The notes under the pieces are model-generated. The model did not search any database. It was not told the origin of the DNA and saw only the letters and a program-made list of their open reading frames with translations. The position numbers and the translations under genes were made by a program. This document shows positions 9,057-19,747 of a stretch of 64,000 bases of DNA, piece after piece. The first letter of the stretch is position 1, and every line of letters begins with the position of its first letter. The stretch comes from a virus, in IMG/VR virus record IMGVR_UViG_3300021963_005690, positions 1-64,000 of that record; one strand, 5' to 3'.

Positions 9057-11975
9057 ATGACAACGATTAAAATAACAGAACTAACTAATATTGGAGCTAA
9101 CTTAGCAAGTACTACAGTTTTTCCTGTAGTAAATATGTCCGGTACACCCACAACAGAAAAAACTGTTTTAGGTAATATAGCTAATGTAATACTTAGTGGG
9201 GCAGGTGGCAATTACGTGGCAGTTGGCGCCGCAACTGTTGCGGCTACTGTAACTACTAATGCACAACCAAATATTACCAGTACTGGAAGTTTAACAGGGT
9301 TGACTGTGAGTAATGCAGCCGGTACTGTTAATTTTAGTAATACAGCAAACGTAACTTTAGGAGCTGTTGGTAATCTACATATTGCAGGTGGTACAGCTGG
9401 ACAATTGTTATCTACTAACGGTAACGGTACTTTAAGTTGGACCACTGATGCTAATTCAAGTTACGGCAATACTAATGTTGCAAACTATTTACCTACATTC
9501 ACTGGTAACGTGGGTGCAGGTAATGTCATTGCTACTGGTAATTTATATTCAGCTGGCTTACTTTCTAATGGTGTAGCAAATATTAATAGTAATCTAGTAT
9601 CTACTAATCCTAATACCGGAGCACTACAAGTACGAGGTGGTGCAGGTGTATTAGGAAATATACATTCCGGTGGTGAAATACATTCATTTGGAAATATTAT
9701 TGTTGGTGGTCATAGTTTATTTGTTGGATCTGGTGCTGACGCTATTGGATTTAATAATGCTACATTAATTGCATTCCATGGTGGCAATGATTATGTACAA
9801 GCCGTATTAAAGAATTCAACAGATTCAGGTAGTGCTGATTGGGTAGCATACGGTGATGACGGCACAGAAGAACAAGGTTGGGCAGACTTTGGATTTACTA
9901 GTTCAGCTTTTGATGATGCTAATTATACTATAACTGGCGCCGGTGATGGTTATTTCTTTGTTAATACGTTTGCGGGAAGTTACGGTGGTAATTTAGTTAT
10001 TGCGACTGGTACTGATGGTACGGTAAAAGATATTATTTTTTCTACGGGCGGATTTTTGATTGCTAATGAATTTGCTAGATTTGATCATTCTGCTAATTAT
10101 TTCCACTTAACACGCACTGGTTCAGGCATTAAATTCCCTGACAATACAGTGCAAACTACTGCATATACAGGCGGAGGTGGTGCTAATACAGGCAATGTCA
10201 CATTTAATAATCAAATCGTCTTAGGCACTGGTAGCAATGATGGCAGTGGCGGATTATATTTGGCCCCTGGAAATGCTAGTATTGCTAATAGCGCAGTACA
10301 ATACTTGAGAGTGCGCGGCGGTGATGCTCCTACACACATACACCTTGACACAGGTAACAACGAATTTTATGACCAATACTTTGGTGCTGACAGTAGGTAT
10401 GTAAAGTTAGAAGCCAACGGCAACGTAGTAATCAACGCTGACGATTACGCCGCTAATTCTGGCACTTGGACATTTGATACAACTGGAAACTTGAACTTGC
10501 CTGTTAACGGTAATATCAATGTTAATAGCGGTGGCATTACTCAAACTATCAATGAAAATTTAGACATAGTTGTTCAAGATGAAGATGATGACGGCTGGTC
10601 ACTACGCAACACTATTACCGACGGCATTGGTAACAATCTATCAGAAACATCACTAGATCGTAGTTCGTTTACAATCACCTTAGATATGTTAGGCACTAAC
10701 AATCAATGGCAGTTTGATGGTAACACATTACAAGTATCAAATGACTCTACAATAAGAAGTTTTGGTTCTAATGTAGTCTTACAGTCTATGAGTTCTGGTA
10801 CTGGCGGTACAGCAAGTTTACAATCAGTAAGTAACACAAATGATCCTAACATATTTACAACTATTGACGCAACAACTACTGGTGCAAACATTAGTGTATA
10901 TAACGGTGGCTCAAATAGTGGTGTAGGTTATACTTGGCAGTTTGCTAATGACGGTAGATTAACATTCCCGGGCACACCTCGTATTGATACAGCCGCAAAT
11001 AACTTTGAAGTTCAAGCGGCAGAGGCTATTAATTTTGAAGCAAACACTGTTGTCAACATTTATACTGATACAGGAAATACCACATATCAATGGCAGTTCG
11101 GTGATGATGGTAACTTAACTCTACCAGACACTACAGGCGTTCTTGCTAACGTAAGCATAACACTTGAAGCAAATGATACTGGAAATATCACGGGATTAAG
11201 TCTAATCGGCGATTCCAACGCAAATCTATATGCTCATGGTAATGTGACGATAGTTAGCGATAGTAGTAACACTACTGCGACTTGGTCGTTTGTAAATACT
11301 GGCGATATAGTCTTACCAAATGATGTTGTTATAGGTGACGACGGCAGCAATGGTATGATGTTGAGTGTACCTACAGTTACACCAGGAACTTATTCTGATT
11401 GGACATTTGACCAAAGTGGTAACTTGACACTACCGACAGGTGGACAAATTATTGTATCAGGTGGATTAGTATCAAGCGGTGCAAGTCCTGCCCCAACAAT
11501 TAATGGATTCAGTATTACTAACTCTGTGGGTATTAGCGGCAATGGTAACATTGCAGGTAATAACATTAGTGCTACTGGTAACGTGACAGCTCAAGGTGTA
11601 GGTACAAACTTGGTGCGCCGTGCTAATACTATTAGTGGTTCTAATACTGCTGTTACGCTTGATAATCTAAACGCATACGTCGGCGGTACTCCAATAAGAT
11701 TGTATATTGGTGCCGCAACAAGCAATATGACAATGGCTGGACAGTCGCAAACAATGAGCACTGGTGCTTTAGCAGTAAGTAGTTGGATAAATGTACCAAT
11801 TGTAACTGGGGTAGGTAATGGCTTTGCTATGAGTGGCGCTATTACCAATGACGGTGATACTGCGGTATTGAATGTTACCGATCAAGGTGGTGGTTCAGGT
11901 ACATGGCGTGTAACTGGTATGATTGCTAATACAAGTGCTAACTTGTACAGCGTAAGTATTGAACGATTAGCATAA
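9057..11975 (+). CDS. long tail-fibre-like protein
   Basis: 972 aa G/N/T-rich; repeated W.F...G.L.LP modules. Confidence 0.65.
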   Translation: MTTIKITELTNIGANLASTTVFPVVNMSGTPTTEKTVLGNIANVILSGAGGNYVAVGAATVAATVTTNAQPNITSTGSLTGLTVSNAAGTVNFSNTANVTLGAVGNLHIAGGTAGQLLSTNGNGTLSWTTDANSSYGNTNVANYLPTFTGNVGAGNVIATGNLYSAGLLSNGVANINSNLVSTNPNTGALQVRGGAGVLGNIHSGGEIHSFGNIIVGGHSLFVGSGADAIGFNNATLIAFHGGNDYVQAVLKNSTDSGSADWVAYGDDGTEEQGWADFGFTSSAFDDANYTITGAGDGYFFVNTFAGSYGGNLVIATGTDGTVKDIIFSTGGFLIANEFARFDHSANYFHLTRTGSGIKFPDNTVQTTAYTGGGGANTGNVTFNNQIVLGTGSNDGSGGLYLAPGNASIANSAVQYLRVRGGDAPTHIHLDTGNNEFYDQYFGADSRYVKLEANGNVVINADDYAANSGTWTFDTTGNLNLPVNGNINVNSGGITQTINENLDIVVQDEDDDGWSLRNTITDGIGNNLSETSLDRSSFTITLDMLGTNNQWQFDGNTLQVSNDSTIRSFGSNVVLQSMSSGTGGTASLQSVSNTNDPNIFTTIDATTTGANISVYNGGSNSGVGYTWQFANDGRLTFPGTPRIDTAANNFEVQAAEAINFEANTVVNIYTDTGNTTYQWQFGDDGNLTLPDTTGVLANVSITLEANDTGNITGLSLIGDSNANLYAHGNVTIVSDSSNTTATWSFVNTGDIVLPNDVVIGDDGSNGMMLSVPTVTPGTYSDWTFDQSGNLTLPTGGQIIVSGGLVSSGASPAPTINGFSITNSVGISGNGNIAGNNISATGNVTAQGVGTNLVRRANTISGSNTAVTLDNLNAYVGGTPIRLYIGAATSNMTMAGQSQTMSTGALAVSSWINVPIVTGVGNGFAMSGAITNDGDTAVLNVTDQGGGSGTWRVTGMIANTSANLYSVSIERLA

Positions 11976-12066
11976 GGATAACAAATGGCAATAGTTTTTG
12001 AAGGTGAAATAGATATTGACTTAGGTTAGTCAGACCTCTGGGATAAGATGAGACAAAAGAAATAAA

Positions 12067-12903
12067 ATGAAACAAGATCCAAGAACAATAATAAACACTG
12101 ACGAGGATCATACCTTCAATCTACCTGCCGACAAAAAAGTCATACCTAGGACACTTGACACATTTTCATTAATATGGAAAGCTGATAAAGTAGATACTAG
12201 AGATTACAAATATCAAATAACATCTAAAGCAAGTCCTAATATTGTAGATTTAAGAAGTTATTGTAGTCCAATTGAAAATCAAGGTAGTCTTGGTAGCTGT
12301 ACCGGACAGGCAATTGCAGGTGCTATAGAACTACTAAATAAACGTAATGGTAATTATAAAGATATCAGCAGGCTATTCATATATTACTATGAAAGATTAA
12401 TACTTGGTACAATAAATTATGATAGTGGTGCTTATATTCGTGACGGTATCAAAGCAACAAATCATTATGGTGCAAGTTTAGAATCATTATGGCCACATGA
12501 TATAAGTAAATTTAAAGTAGAACCTATTACTGAAGCAAAGAATGATGCATTAAATCGTAAAGTAACACGTTATGAAAGAGTAACAAACTTTAATGGCTGT
12601 ATAGATGCATTAACAAATGGCTATCCAGTTATAATGGGTTTTCATGTATATACTAGTTTTATGTCTGCTAATGTAGCAAGGACTGGTAATATGCCGTATC
12701 CTAATACCAGACGTGAACGATTGTTGGGTGGTCATGCTGTACTACTAGTTGGATATGATAAGCGTAAAAAAGTTTTTATTGCAAGAAACAGCTGGGGTAC
12801 AAATTGGGGTCATAAAGGTTACTTCTATATGCCATTTAATGTAGTTACAAATACTAGTATGAGTAGTGATTATTGGATAATTAAGTCAGTTAACAACCCA
12901 TAA
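12067..12903 (+). CDS. papain-family (C1A) cysteine peptidase
   Basis: QGSLGSC, GGHAV..VGY, RNSWG..WG..GY catalytic motifs. Confidence 0.92.
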   Translation: MKQDPRTIINTDEDHTFNLPADKKVIPRTLDTFSLIWKADKVDTRDYKYQITSKASPNIVDLRSYCSPIENQGSLGSCTGQAIAGAIELLNKRNGNYKDISRLFIYYYERLILGTINYDSGAYIRDGIKATNHYGASLESLWPHDISKFKVEPITEAKNDALNRKVTRYERVTNFNGCIDALTNGYPVIMGFHVYTSFMSANVARTGNMPYPNTRRERLLGGHAVLLVGYDKRKKVFIARNSWGTNWGHKGYFYMPFNVVTNTSMSSDYWIIKSVNNP

Positions 12904-12951
12904 GTAACAATTTAGACTAAATACTACTATAACAATTAAAGGACCATTATA

Positions 12952-14841
12952 ATGGCAACATCACCAATGATCGGCGGATCCGATCCAGTAATACTTAAAT
13001 CATTAGAAACACAAACACCATCAGTTGCAAGAACAGCTCCTGCTACTGTTAATACTTCAACCGGCACAGCAACATCAACCGGTAGTTCAGTATCTAGAGG
13101 ACTTGTACCACAAGTCTCAGGTGGAACAGTAACATATAATCAGGCTACACAAGCAACAGCAGGTAATTCAGTTACTGTTACATCATCCACTAGTAATGAT
13201 CCAGGTGATGTAGTAACAATATACACAAGCCCTAAAGCAGTATCTGTGAGCGCAATTAATCAAACAGTTAATACATATAAGGTTAATAACTATGCAGGTA
13301 ATGAATATACTGATAGTAATGTTGCGGCATATCTACCAACATTTACCGGCAATGTAGGTGCTGGTAATGTCAATGTGACCGGTGGAGTATATACTTATAA
13401 TTTAAGTTCTACTGGACTATCATCATTAACTACATTAACTGTTTCTGCTACATCTAATCTTGGTGCAGTAGGTAATGTAACAATTACCGGTGGTACTGCA
13501 GGTCAAGTATTATCTACTAACGGTAGTGGAGTATTAAGTTGGGTAAGTGATGCAACTACATATGGTAATAGTAATGTAGTAAGTTTAATGGGTGCGTTTG
13601 GTAGTAACACAATTACAACGACAGGTAATATTACCGGTGGTAACATTGATATTCCAAATGGTTATGCAAATGTAACCGGTAATGCTAATACAGTTGGCGG
13701 TGGTGCAACAGTTGGAGTACGTAGTATATTAGCAATTGATTCAGCATTTGGTAGCAATGATGCAAATGATCCGGCGAGCGCACAAGCAGTGCGTGGTCGT
13801 GTAACAGGTAGCAATCTAACTAAAACACGCAATTATGTAGCCGGTGTAACCGGTCAATACTTAGTTACTGGTACTAATGCAAGCGAATTTATTAACACCG
13901 GTTTACTTGGTGTTGTAGGAGATCAAACAACTACGGCAAATGCGGCTGTTGTTGCTTACTTAGACGGTGACGGTGGATTGACTACTGCTGGTTCAGCATA
14001 TGGTGTCAGTATGAAAAACTCAACTCCTGGCTCAGGATTTGATTACGGTCTTGACTTGCAATTCATTAATTTAAATGTAGCGGGGACAACCACTCCATTC
14101 AAACAGGCAGATATTCGCTTTAATAACGGTGTGACGCTTGTTGCTAATACAGCTGGTAATATTTCTATCAATGCTAATGTTACAGTAGGAAACATTATAG
14201 GTAATGGTCAAGCGTTAACAGGTATTGCAGGTGCAAACGTAACTGGTAATGTAGGTAATGCTAATTTATCACAATATCTTAATGTATCAGATGTTAATAA
14301 TAACTTCTCATATCACGTTGTATTAAGTGCAGGATCAGGTGATAAGAGTTTACATATCGACGCAGATGACAATTTGCAATATAATCCATCTGATGGTACA
14401 TTAACCTCAACAAGAGTTGATGCTACCTACGTACTTGCTAATTTAAATTTTGCTAATGGATATTTGGCATCTAATTTAGTTGGGTCAACATCTAACATTG
14501 TTAATGGGAATAGTAATGTATCTATTACTACTGCTAACGGTGACATAACATTAAGTGCAGTTGGCACTGCTAATGTACTTGTTATAACTGGCACCGGCGC
14601 TAATATTACTGGTACTGCTAACATATCCGGTACTGCTAATGTCGGAAACTTAAATTCGACTAGCATAGTTAAGACAGGTGTATTTGTTACTGCTAATATT
14701 CCTGCTGCCGCAACTGCTGGTGCCGGTGCTAGAGCATTTGTTACCGATGCTACAGTAGCTACATTTGGTTCTGCATATGTAGGTGGTGCCGCAAATGCAG
14801 TACCTGTATATTCAGATGGCACAGGATGGTTTATAGGCTAA
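12952..14841 (+). CDS. fibre-like structural protein
   Basis: shares LGAVGN..I.GGTAGQ.LSTNG.G.LSW and YLPTFTGNVGAGNV blocks with 9057-11975; VPVYSDGTGW C-terminus. Confidence 0.65.
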   Translation: MATSPMIGGSDPVILKSLETQTPSVARTAPATVNTSTGTATSTGSSVSRGLVPQVSGGTVTYNQATQATAGNSVTVTSSTSNDPGDVVTIYTSPKAVSVSAINQTVNTYKVNNYAGNEYTDSNVAAYLPTFTGNVGAGNVNVTGGVYTYNLSSTGLSSLTTLTVSATSNLGAVGNVTITGGTAGQVLSTNGSGVLSWVSDATTYGNSNVVSLMGAFGSNTITTTGNITGGNIDIPNGYANVTGNANTVGGGATVGVRSILAIDSAFGSNDANDPASAQAVRGRVTGSNLTKTRNYVAGVTGQYLVTGTNASEFINTGLLGVVGDQTTTANAAVVAYLDGDGGLTTAGSAYGVSMKNSTPGSGFDYGLDLQFINLNVAGTTTPFKQADIRFNNGVTLVANTAGNISINANVTVGNIIGNGQALTGIAGANVTGNVGNANLSQYLNVSDVNNNFSYHVVLSAGSGDKSLHIDADDNLQYNPSDGTLTSTRVDATYVLANLNFANGYLASNLVGSTSNIVNGNSNVSITTANGDITLSAVGTANVLVITGTGANITGTANISGTANVGNLNSTSIVKTGVFVTANIPAAATAGAGARAFVTDATVATFGSAYVGGAANAVPVYSDGTGWFIG

Positions 14842-14857
14842 TAAAAATTAACCCAAT

Positions 14858-14884
14858 AAAAAGCCCCAATGAAGGGGCTTTTTT
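14858..14884. terminator. bidirectional intrinsic terminator
   Basis: AAAAAGCCCC-aatgaa-GGGGCTTTTT between convergent genes. Confidence 0.85.
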
Positions 14885-15095
14885 ATTTCATCTTCTCTAG
14901 CATATAGTTAGTGAATTTACTTTCACACATTGCCGGAATCTCAACGAATGGATCCTCAAGAAAGAACGGACAACCAGTTTTCCATTTACCATGTTTCTTA
15001 AAAAATTTGAATTCTAGCAAATCTTTTCTATCTGCAGGATTAAATTCTCTACGAGGGTTAAACGAACGGCGAAAAGTAGATAGATTCATATTCAT
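14883..15095 (-). CDS. hypothetical phage protein
   Basis: W..GCPF.LE.P motif. Confidence 0.6.
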   Translation of the reverse strand: MNMNLSTFRRSFNPRREFNPADRKDLLEFKFFKKHGKWKTGCPFFLEDPFVEIPAMCESKFTNYMLEKMK

Positions 15096-15121
15096 AGTTG
15101 AAGGGCCGAAGCCCTGTAAGT

Positions 15122-15493
15122 TTACTCAGTTACAGCAGACAAAATATCTTCTGCGGACACTTGTTTAGATTTTTTTGCACGTGCTTTAATTGCATCAATA
15201 CTTGGCTTTGTTTTAGAAGCTTTAACTTTAACTTCAGTGGTGCCTTTAGATTTATCTGCAATACTATCAGCAATAGTTGCTTGATCGCTAGCACTAGCAA
15301 ACTCAGGCAGTGTTGCAATATAATTGAGAGCCTCAAGTTTAGTCATTTCAGTTGGCAACTCTACCAAATCAATACGACTTGCACCACCTTTACTGAATTG
15401 TTTAATCCGACGCACCATGTCATCAGTGAAACGGACCTTTGTATTAGTACCATGAGTAGTGATACCAGCGACTTTGAAAGTTTGATTAGCCAT
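15122..15493 (-). CDS. hypothetical protein with basic tail
   Basis: SD AAGGA; promoter upstream. Confidence 0.65.
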   Translation of the reverse strand: MANQTFKVAGITTHGTNTKVRFTDDMVRRIKQFSKGGASRIDLVELPTEMTKLEALNYIATLPEFASASDQATIADSIADKSKGTTEVKVKASKTKPSIDAIKARAKKSKQVSAEDILSAVTE

Positions 15494-15608
15494 TTGAATT
15501 TCCTTTAAATAAAAGCTAAGTTTAAAAAATGTGCCGATACCTCAGCACTGTTATAATGATAACACAATAGCCATTTGTTGTCAACTATTGTGTTACCCAT
15601 TATTTGAT

Positions 15609-16022
15609 TTATTGAACAATATATGGACTGTTCCATTTGCCGATGTTAACATCAACATAGTAGGCAATGTTGAAGTAATCAATCATTGCATCAGATTCGT
15701 CATACCAGTCGGCCGATTTCAATGCCTTGAATGCTTCGGTTAAGAAAGCCTTAGCATCGCCATCATAATGATCCTGAAACCAGTACGGATTTACCTGATC
15801 GTAACCATTATCATTGGGTTTGAAACCGCGTTGTACTTGATAAAAGTCATTGCCACAGACTTTGTTGCTATTGCCAATAAAGTCAATAGCACCGGATTTT
15901 AGGGTCAATACAATAGTCATATGATTGCTAACTGACAAAGATCCTTTAACCTTGTACTTAGCCAAAATAGGCTTAAGTGCTTGTGTAATCTTTGCTTTGC
16001 GTTCTTGATTCATGTAAGCCAT
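15609..16022 (-). CDS. hypothetical early phage protein
   Basis: SD AAGGA and consensus promoter upstream. Confidence 0.7.
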   Translation of the reverse strand: MAYMNQERKAKITQALKPILAKYKVKGSLSVSNHMTIVLTLKSGAIDFIGNSNKVCGNDFYQVQRGFKPNDNGYDQVNPYWFQDHYDGDAKAFLTEAFKALKSADWYDESDAMIDYFNIAYYVDVNIGKWNSPYIVQ

Positions 16023-16055
16023 TTGTTAGTCCTTTGTTTAACTGTCTAAGATTCT

Positions 16056-16084
16056 ATTATAGCACCAAAACCATTTATTGTCAA
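16056..16084 (-). promoter_or_regulatory. sigma70-type early promoter
   Basis: TTGACA-ataaatggttttggtgc-TATAAT. Confidence 0.8.
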
Positions 16085-16414
16085 ATTTAGGAGTTTACCG
16101 TTCTGAACGGGCTAAAAACTTCCTTACTTTTTAAGGAATCGGACACTTCATATACCCAGGTTACAGGTACTTCTAGGACAGCGGAGATAGTTGCAGGGTG
16201 TGTACCTTGCCCTAACATTTCTACAATGTCAATTTGTAAGTCACTCATTTTGCTTTCCTTATGTTTAACAATCCACCTAAAATTACTACAGCTATCCAGG
16301 ACTCTAATGAGTACTTAATAGCTAGTATTGGGAATAGTACGTTTAATGACCAAATAGTCAATAACGGACCAAGTGCAACGAGGGCAATGACGATAACTAT
16401 ACCAACAAAATAAC

Positions 16415-16690
16415 TCATAACACCTCCAACATGCTAGCAGGCACTCTCCAACTACGGAAGTTAGCCGGCTCATCTACAATAATAAATTTACGATTGATTT
16501 TCTTTACAACACCGGAGATTGCACCGCGCTTTGAACTAATGAATTTAACATTAGATCCAACTGTCAATGCCGATTTGTTTCGTACCACTAATTGGGCCCG
16601 GGCAAAACGAATAGCATCATTGATACTGTTCAATTCTTCATTAGTGAAGTCACCTTGCATGATAGCTGTATTAACTTGTTTAATGTTCAT
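16415..16690 (-). CDS. hypothetical protein (SH3-like C-terminus possible)
   Basis: SD AGGAG; promoter upstream. Confidence 0.65.
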   Translation of the reverse strand: MNIKQVNTAIMQGDFTNEELNSINDAIRFARAQLVVRNKSALTVGSNVKFISSKRGAISGVVKKINRKFIIVDEPANFRSWRVPASMLEVL

Positions 16691-16719
16691 AAGAACTCCT
16701 TTTGACTGAATAAGACTCT

Positions 16720-16748
16720 ATTATAGACCCAAAACCATTTATTGTCAA
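16720..16748 (-). promoter_or_regulatory. sigma70-type early promoter
   Basis: TTGACA-ataaatggttttgggtc-TATAAT. Confidence 0.8.
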
Positions 16749-16752
16749 GTTT

Positions 16753-16992
16753 TTATTGTTTGATGTTTTTAATTGAATTTTCCATGTCTTCCAGATGCTT
16801 GCGATACTGGATACGGCCAAGATTGATAGTATACATCACGTAAACCAACATAGCAATACAGAATGTAATTCCAATGTAAGGTACTGCTGACACCGGAATG
16901 AGTGTAAGCAAATAAATAGTTGCGGATCCTGCGATTGCGGCGAGTGCCAATTCTTTTGCTGTCTGGGCGACGGCTTCAGTTTTCATAGACAT
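16753..16992 (-). CDS. small membrane protein
   Basis: two hydrophobic segments; promoter at 17026-17054. Confidence 0.6.
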   Translation of the reverse strand: MSMKTEAVAQTAKELALAAIAGSATIYLLTLIPVSAVPYIGITFCIAMLVYVMYTINLGRIQYRKHLEDMENSIKNIKQ

Positions 16993-17025
16993 TTTTAAGT
17001 TTCCTTTTAAAGTTTCAATACAAGT

Positions 17026-17054
17026 ATTGTATCAGAGATCCGAATTATTGTCAA
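17026..17054 (-). promoter_or_regulatory. sigma70-type early promoter
   Basis: TTGACA-17 nt-TACAAT. Confidence 0.7.
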
Positions 17055-17232
17055 ATTTTGGATGCTTTGATTTGCGAATGTACATGCTTTTTTTAGCCTG
17101 TACGACCTTAGGTTTGAACGGAGTGTCGCTAGAAAACAACACTCTATGTGCCCGATGTTTGGGCTGTTCAATAGTGAATGATAAGATTTTTCGTTTCATA
17201 ATGCATATTATAGCACGGGAAACGTATTTATG

Positions 17233-17610
17233 TCAAATTTTGGCAGTAGTATCAGGGTTCAAGCACCCAAATACAACGACAGGGATAGTGCCGAATGGCG
17301 GGGGCAATAGTATAGTAATAGCAAACCAAGGACTGATTCCGGCATCGTTGCAACGTCTAACTGTGGTAGCAATCCATAGCCAGCATGATAGTACACTGCC
17401 TGCACAAATTACTGCAAGTGATACAATCCAACCAATTATTCCTATTACTACAATAGTAAAAGGTAAACTTAATACAAATAAGATAAAAGCTACTGAACTA
17501 GTCAGACCTAGTAAAAGCCAACTAATTAAGTATACTCCCCAGTATTCACTTCGTGATGATGTGCCAGTAAAGGCAAAGTATTTTTTATATTGTTCTAGTT
17601 TGTTTATCAT
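17233..17610 (-). CDS. DUF805 family membrane protein
   Basis: YF.F.G..SR.EYW and VRR.ND.G.S.W motifs. Confidence 0.8.
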   Translation of the reverse strand: MINKLEQYKKYFAFTGTSSRSEYWGVYLISWLLLGLTSSVAFILFVLSLPFTIVVIGIIGWIVSLAVICAGSVLSCWLWIATTVRRCNDAGISPWFAITILLPPPFGTIPVVVFGCLNPDTTAKI

Positions 17611-17900
17611 ATAACCATCCTTATTAATCCAACACTATCGATTGTTACAAGTAGCAAGTAGTTAGCCAACATGCCAAAAGATTTCCTAGTAAAACTAGCC
17701 CAAGCATAGAGACCACAGCCGATGATCCAAATAGGGTACAAAGTAAGTAAAGGCGGATTGGGGACTGTAAGTGCCATGGCAATCGAACACCCAATACTAA
17801 TGCCCCAAGCAAGCAACTCAATGATAAACCTAAAAGGATGAGTACGGTAGTCATCTTTGATCCAATTAAAAATTCCATAAAAAATATCGTTCATATGCAT
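17607..17900 (-). CDS. small membrane protein
   Basis: three hydrophobic segments. Confidence 0.6.
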   Translation of the reverse strand: MHMNDIFYGIFNWIKDDYRTHPFRFIIELLAWGISIGCSIAMALTVPNPPLLTLYPIWIIGCGLYAWASFTRKSFGMLANYLLLVTIDSVGLIRMVI

Positions 17901-17939
17901 ATTGTAACATAATGAACGATATTATACAAGTGATTTTGG

Positions 17940-18245
17940 TTACTGTGTGCAGGTGCGTTCTCTATAAATTTTACCATCAAATCCTTGAGTTTCTTTCCAG
18001 TCAGTACATGTTATACTAGGCGGTACATTTTGTTGTTGGATTACAACTGGTTGTTGCTGTACGATAATCTGTTGACGACCTAATTCATAACCTATCGCTC
18101 CTACAACCACAGGGGTTACCCACCAACCCATGCCTCGATGATGACCATAATGATGACCATGATGACGAAAACCGTGTCCGTGATGTTGTGACATTACTGT
18201 TCCGGTTACAGCTAATAATGACAATGCTACTAGAATTTTTTTCAT
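17940..18245 (-). CDS. secreted His/Gln-rich protein
   Basis: signal peptide, His-Gly tract, SD AGGAG. Confidence 0.6.
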   Translation of the reverse strand: MKKILVALSLLAVTGTVMSQHHGHGFRHHGHHYGHHRGMGWWVTPVVVGAIGYELGRQQIIVQQQPVVIQQQNVPPSITCTDWKETQGFDGKIYRERTCTQ

Positions 18246-18433
18246 ATCTATCTCCTATACTTATATAACGTATTAGGCAAGTGTTCCGTTGACTTTATGT
18301 TTGTCAATTACTTCCTGCAAGATACTCTCTATCATCTTATTTAGTGTAATATCACGTTTATGCGCTTCCATAGCTAACATATATAGTTCATGCTCATTTA
18401 AATCTAATTCAATTTCTACCCGATTATCTGTTG

Positions 18434-18631
18434 TCATTTCTTTTCTCCTACATGGTTAATTAATGGTTCAATATTATTTTCATAAATTTGCTTCATGGTG
18501 TTATACAATCCTTTACGTTCTTCAGGTGTCATACCTGCACACCATGATGGACTTGACGGATCTTTATCTAATCCATAATCATGGCGATATGTATAACACA
18601 TATCGGTAATAATTTCTTCTTTACTTTTCAT
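18434..18631 (-). CDS. hypothetical protein
   Basis: MCYTYRHDYGL motif. Confidence 0.55.
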   Translation of the reverse strand: MKSKEEIITDMCYTYRHDYGLDKDPSSPSWCAGMTPEERKGLYNTMKQIYENNIEPLINHVGEKK

Positions 18632-18739
18632 ATTCTTCTATTCTATATTGACTAAAGGGATAATTTTCATGTAGCCACTCAATCATACCTTCTTCATACG
18701 GAAGAAAAACTGTACGAGCTTTGTTAGTTATATAAAGTA

Positions 18740-18979
18740 TCATTTTAATTTAACATTCATTTTTTTTAAAATAGTTTCAGCATAAGTGCCACCACCTTGT
18801 TTGTACACATTGTTAACTTCTTTGGCACATTCACGAACAACCAATTCATAAAACTTGTCTAATTCTTTATCATAGGAACTAGACCAATCAATATTACCTT
18901 TACCCGGGCCATGTGGTTCATTAGCCCAAGTAACAAAGCCGGCCTCTTTTGCAAGGTCTTTAATCTTTTTATTCATCAA
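18740..18979 (-). CDS. hypothetical protein, 'I.ELA..AG...KFAELIVREC' family
   Basis: paralog of 19535-19747 and 19744-19974. Confidence 0.6.
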   Translation of the reverse strand: MMNKKIKDLAKEAGFVTWANEPHGPGKGNIDWSSSYDKELDKFYELVVRECAKEVNNVYKQGGGTYAETILKKMNVKLK

Positions 18980-19000
18980 TCAGCCTCCCTAATAATTTAC

Positions 19001-19309
19001 TTATGCCGTAAACCAATCCGCATCATCTTTCAATTCTATTGATTCGTCACCGTCATATTCGTTTACTCTGAACATTGTACCTTTAGGTATCCATGCTACT
19101 TTCAATTCCCACATACCACCTTCATATATATTGGGATATTTTAGTGTAACATACGTTTTCAATTCATCAAACTTTTCTTCCTCTACCAATTGAACGATAG
19201 CAGGATCAAATAACAATTCAGGGTTATTTGGGTTCCATGTATACCATCCTGAACCATAGTCAGGACTATACAATACAGCAACCATTCCATCTCTAACTAA
19301 TTTGTTCAT
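19001..19309 (-). CDS. hypothetical phage protein
   Basis: VAVLYSP.YG.GW.TWN...EYDG.E motif. Confidence 0.65.
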   Translation of the reverse strand: MNKLVRDGMVAVLYSPDYGSGWYTWNPNNPELLFDPAIVQLVEEEKFDELKTYVTLKYPNIYEGGMWELKVAWIPKGTMFRVNEYDGDESIELKDDADWFTA

Positions 19310-19310
19310 T

Positions 19311-19538
19311 TTATCTCCAAGCGTTAACTAAACCAATTAAACAGGTGACTATTGCTACCACATTCACTACTAATTGTGGATTATTCTTTACACGTATTGT
19401 CCATGTCAAAAACATAATTGTACCTAACGTAAATGCTACAATATTGTAGGGATAAACACTAGGTCCAATAGAGTTACAGATATGGCCAACAATAATGAAT
19501 ACTGCCCCAATCCATTGTAATATATCGTTTAATTTCAT
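19311..19538 (-). CDS. small membrane protein
   Basis: likely start MKLNDIL overlapping upstream stop; three TM segments. Confidence 0.55.
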   Translation of the reverse strand: MKLNDILQWIGAVFIIVGHICNSIGPSVYPYNIVAFTLGTIMFLTWTIRVKNNPQLVVNVVAIVTCLIGLVNAWR

Positions 19539-19747
19539 TTTACTCCAAAATGTTCTGACAACCATTGTCTTGCGTGAAAACGTGCTATCAATTGATGCCC
19601 GCCTGGATCTAAAACTTGAATACATTCCTTCACAATCAATTCGGCAAACTTTTCAATAGCCTTACGGTCATAGTCATCCATTTCATCCCAGCATCCTTGT
19701 GCTGTAAGTCCTGCATGATACATCAATTTTTCAATTTGTTCGTTCAT
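19535..19747 (-). CDS. hypothetical protein, 'KFAELIVKEC' family
   Basis: paralogous motif; ends HFGVK. Confidence 0.6.
   Translation of the reverse strand: MNEQIEKLMYHAGLTAQGCWDEMDDYDRKAIEKFAELIVKECIQVLDPGGHQLIARFHARQWLSEHFGVK

Noticed and set aside
7535-14822. Minus-strand ORFs within the fibre genes
   Set aside because: Antisense shadows caused by biased Gly/Asn/Thr codons.
17027-17614. 195-aa plus-strand ORF
   Set aside because: Overlaps the DUF805 gene and minus-strand promoters in antisense.
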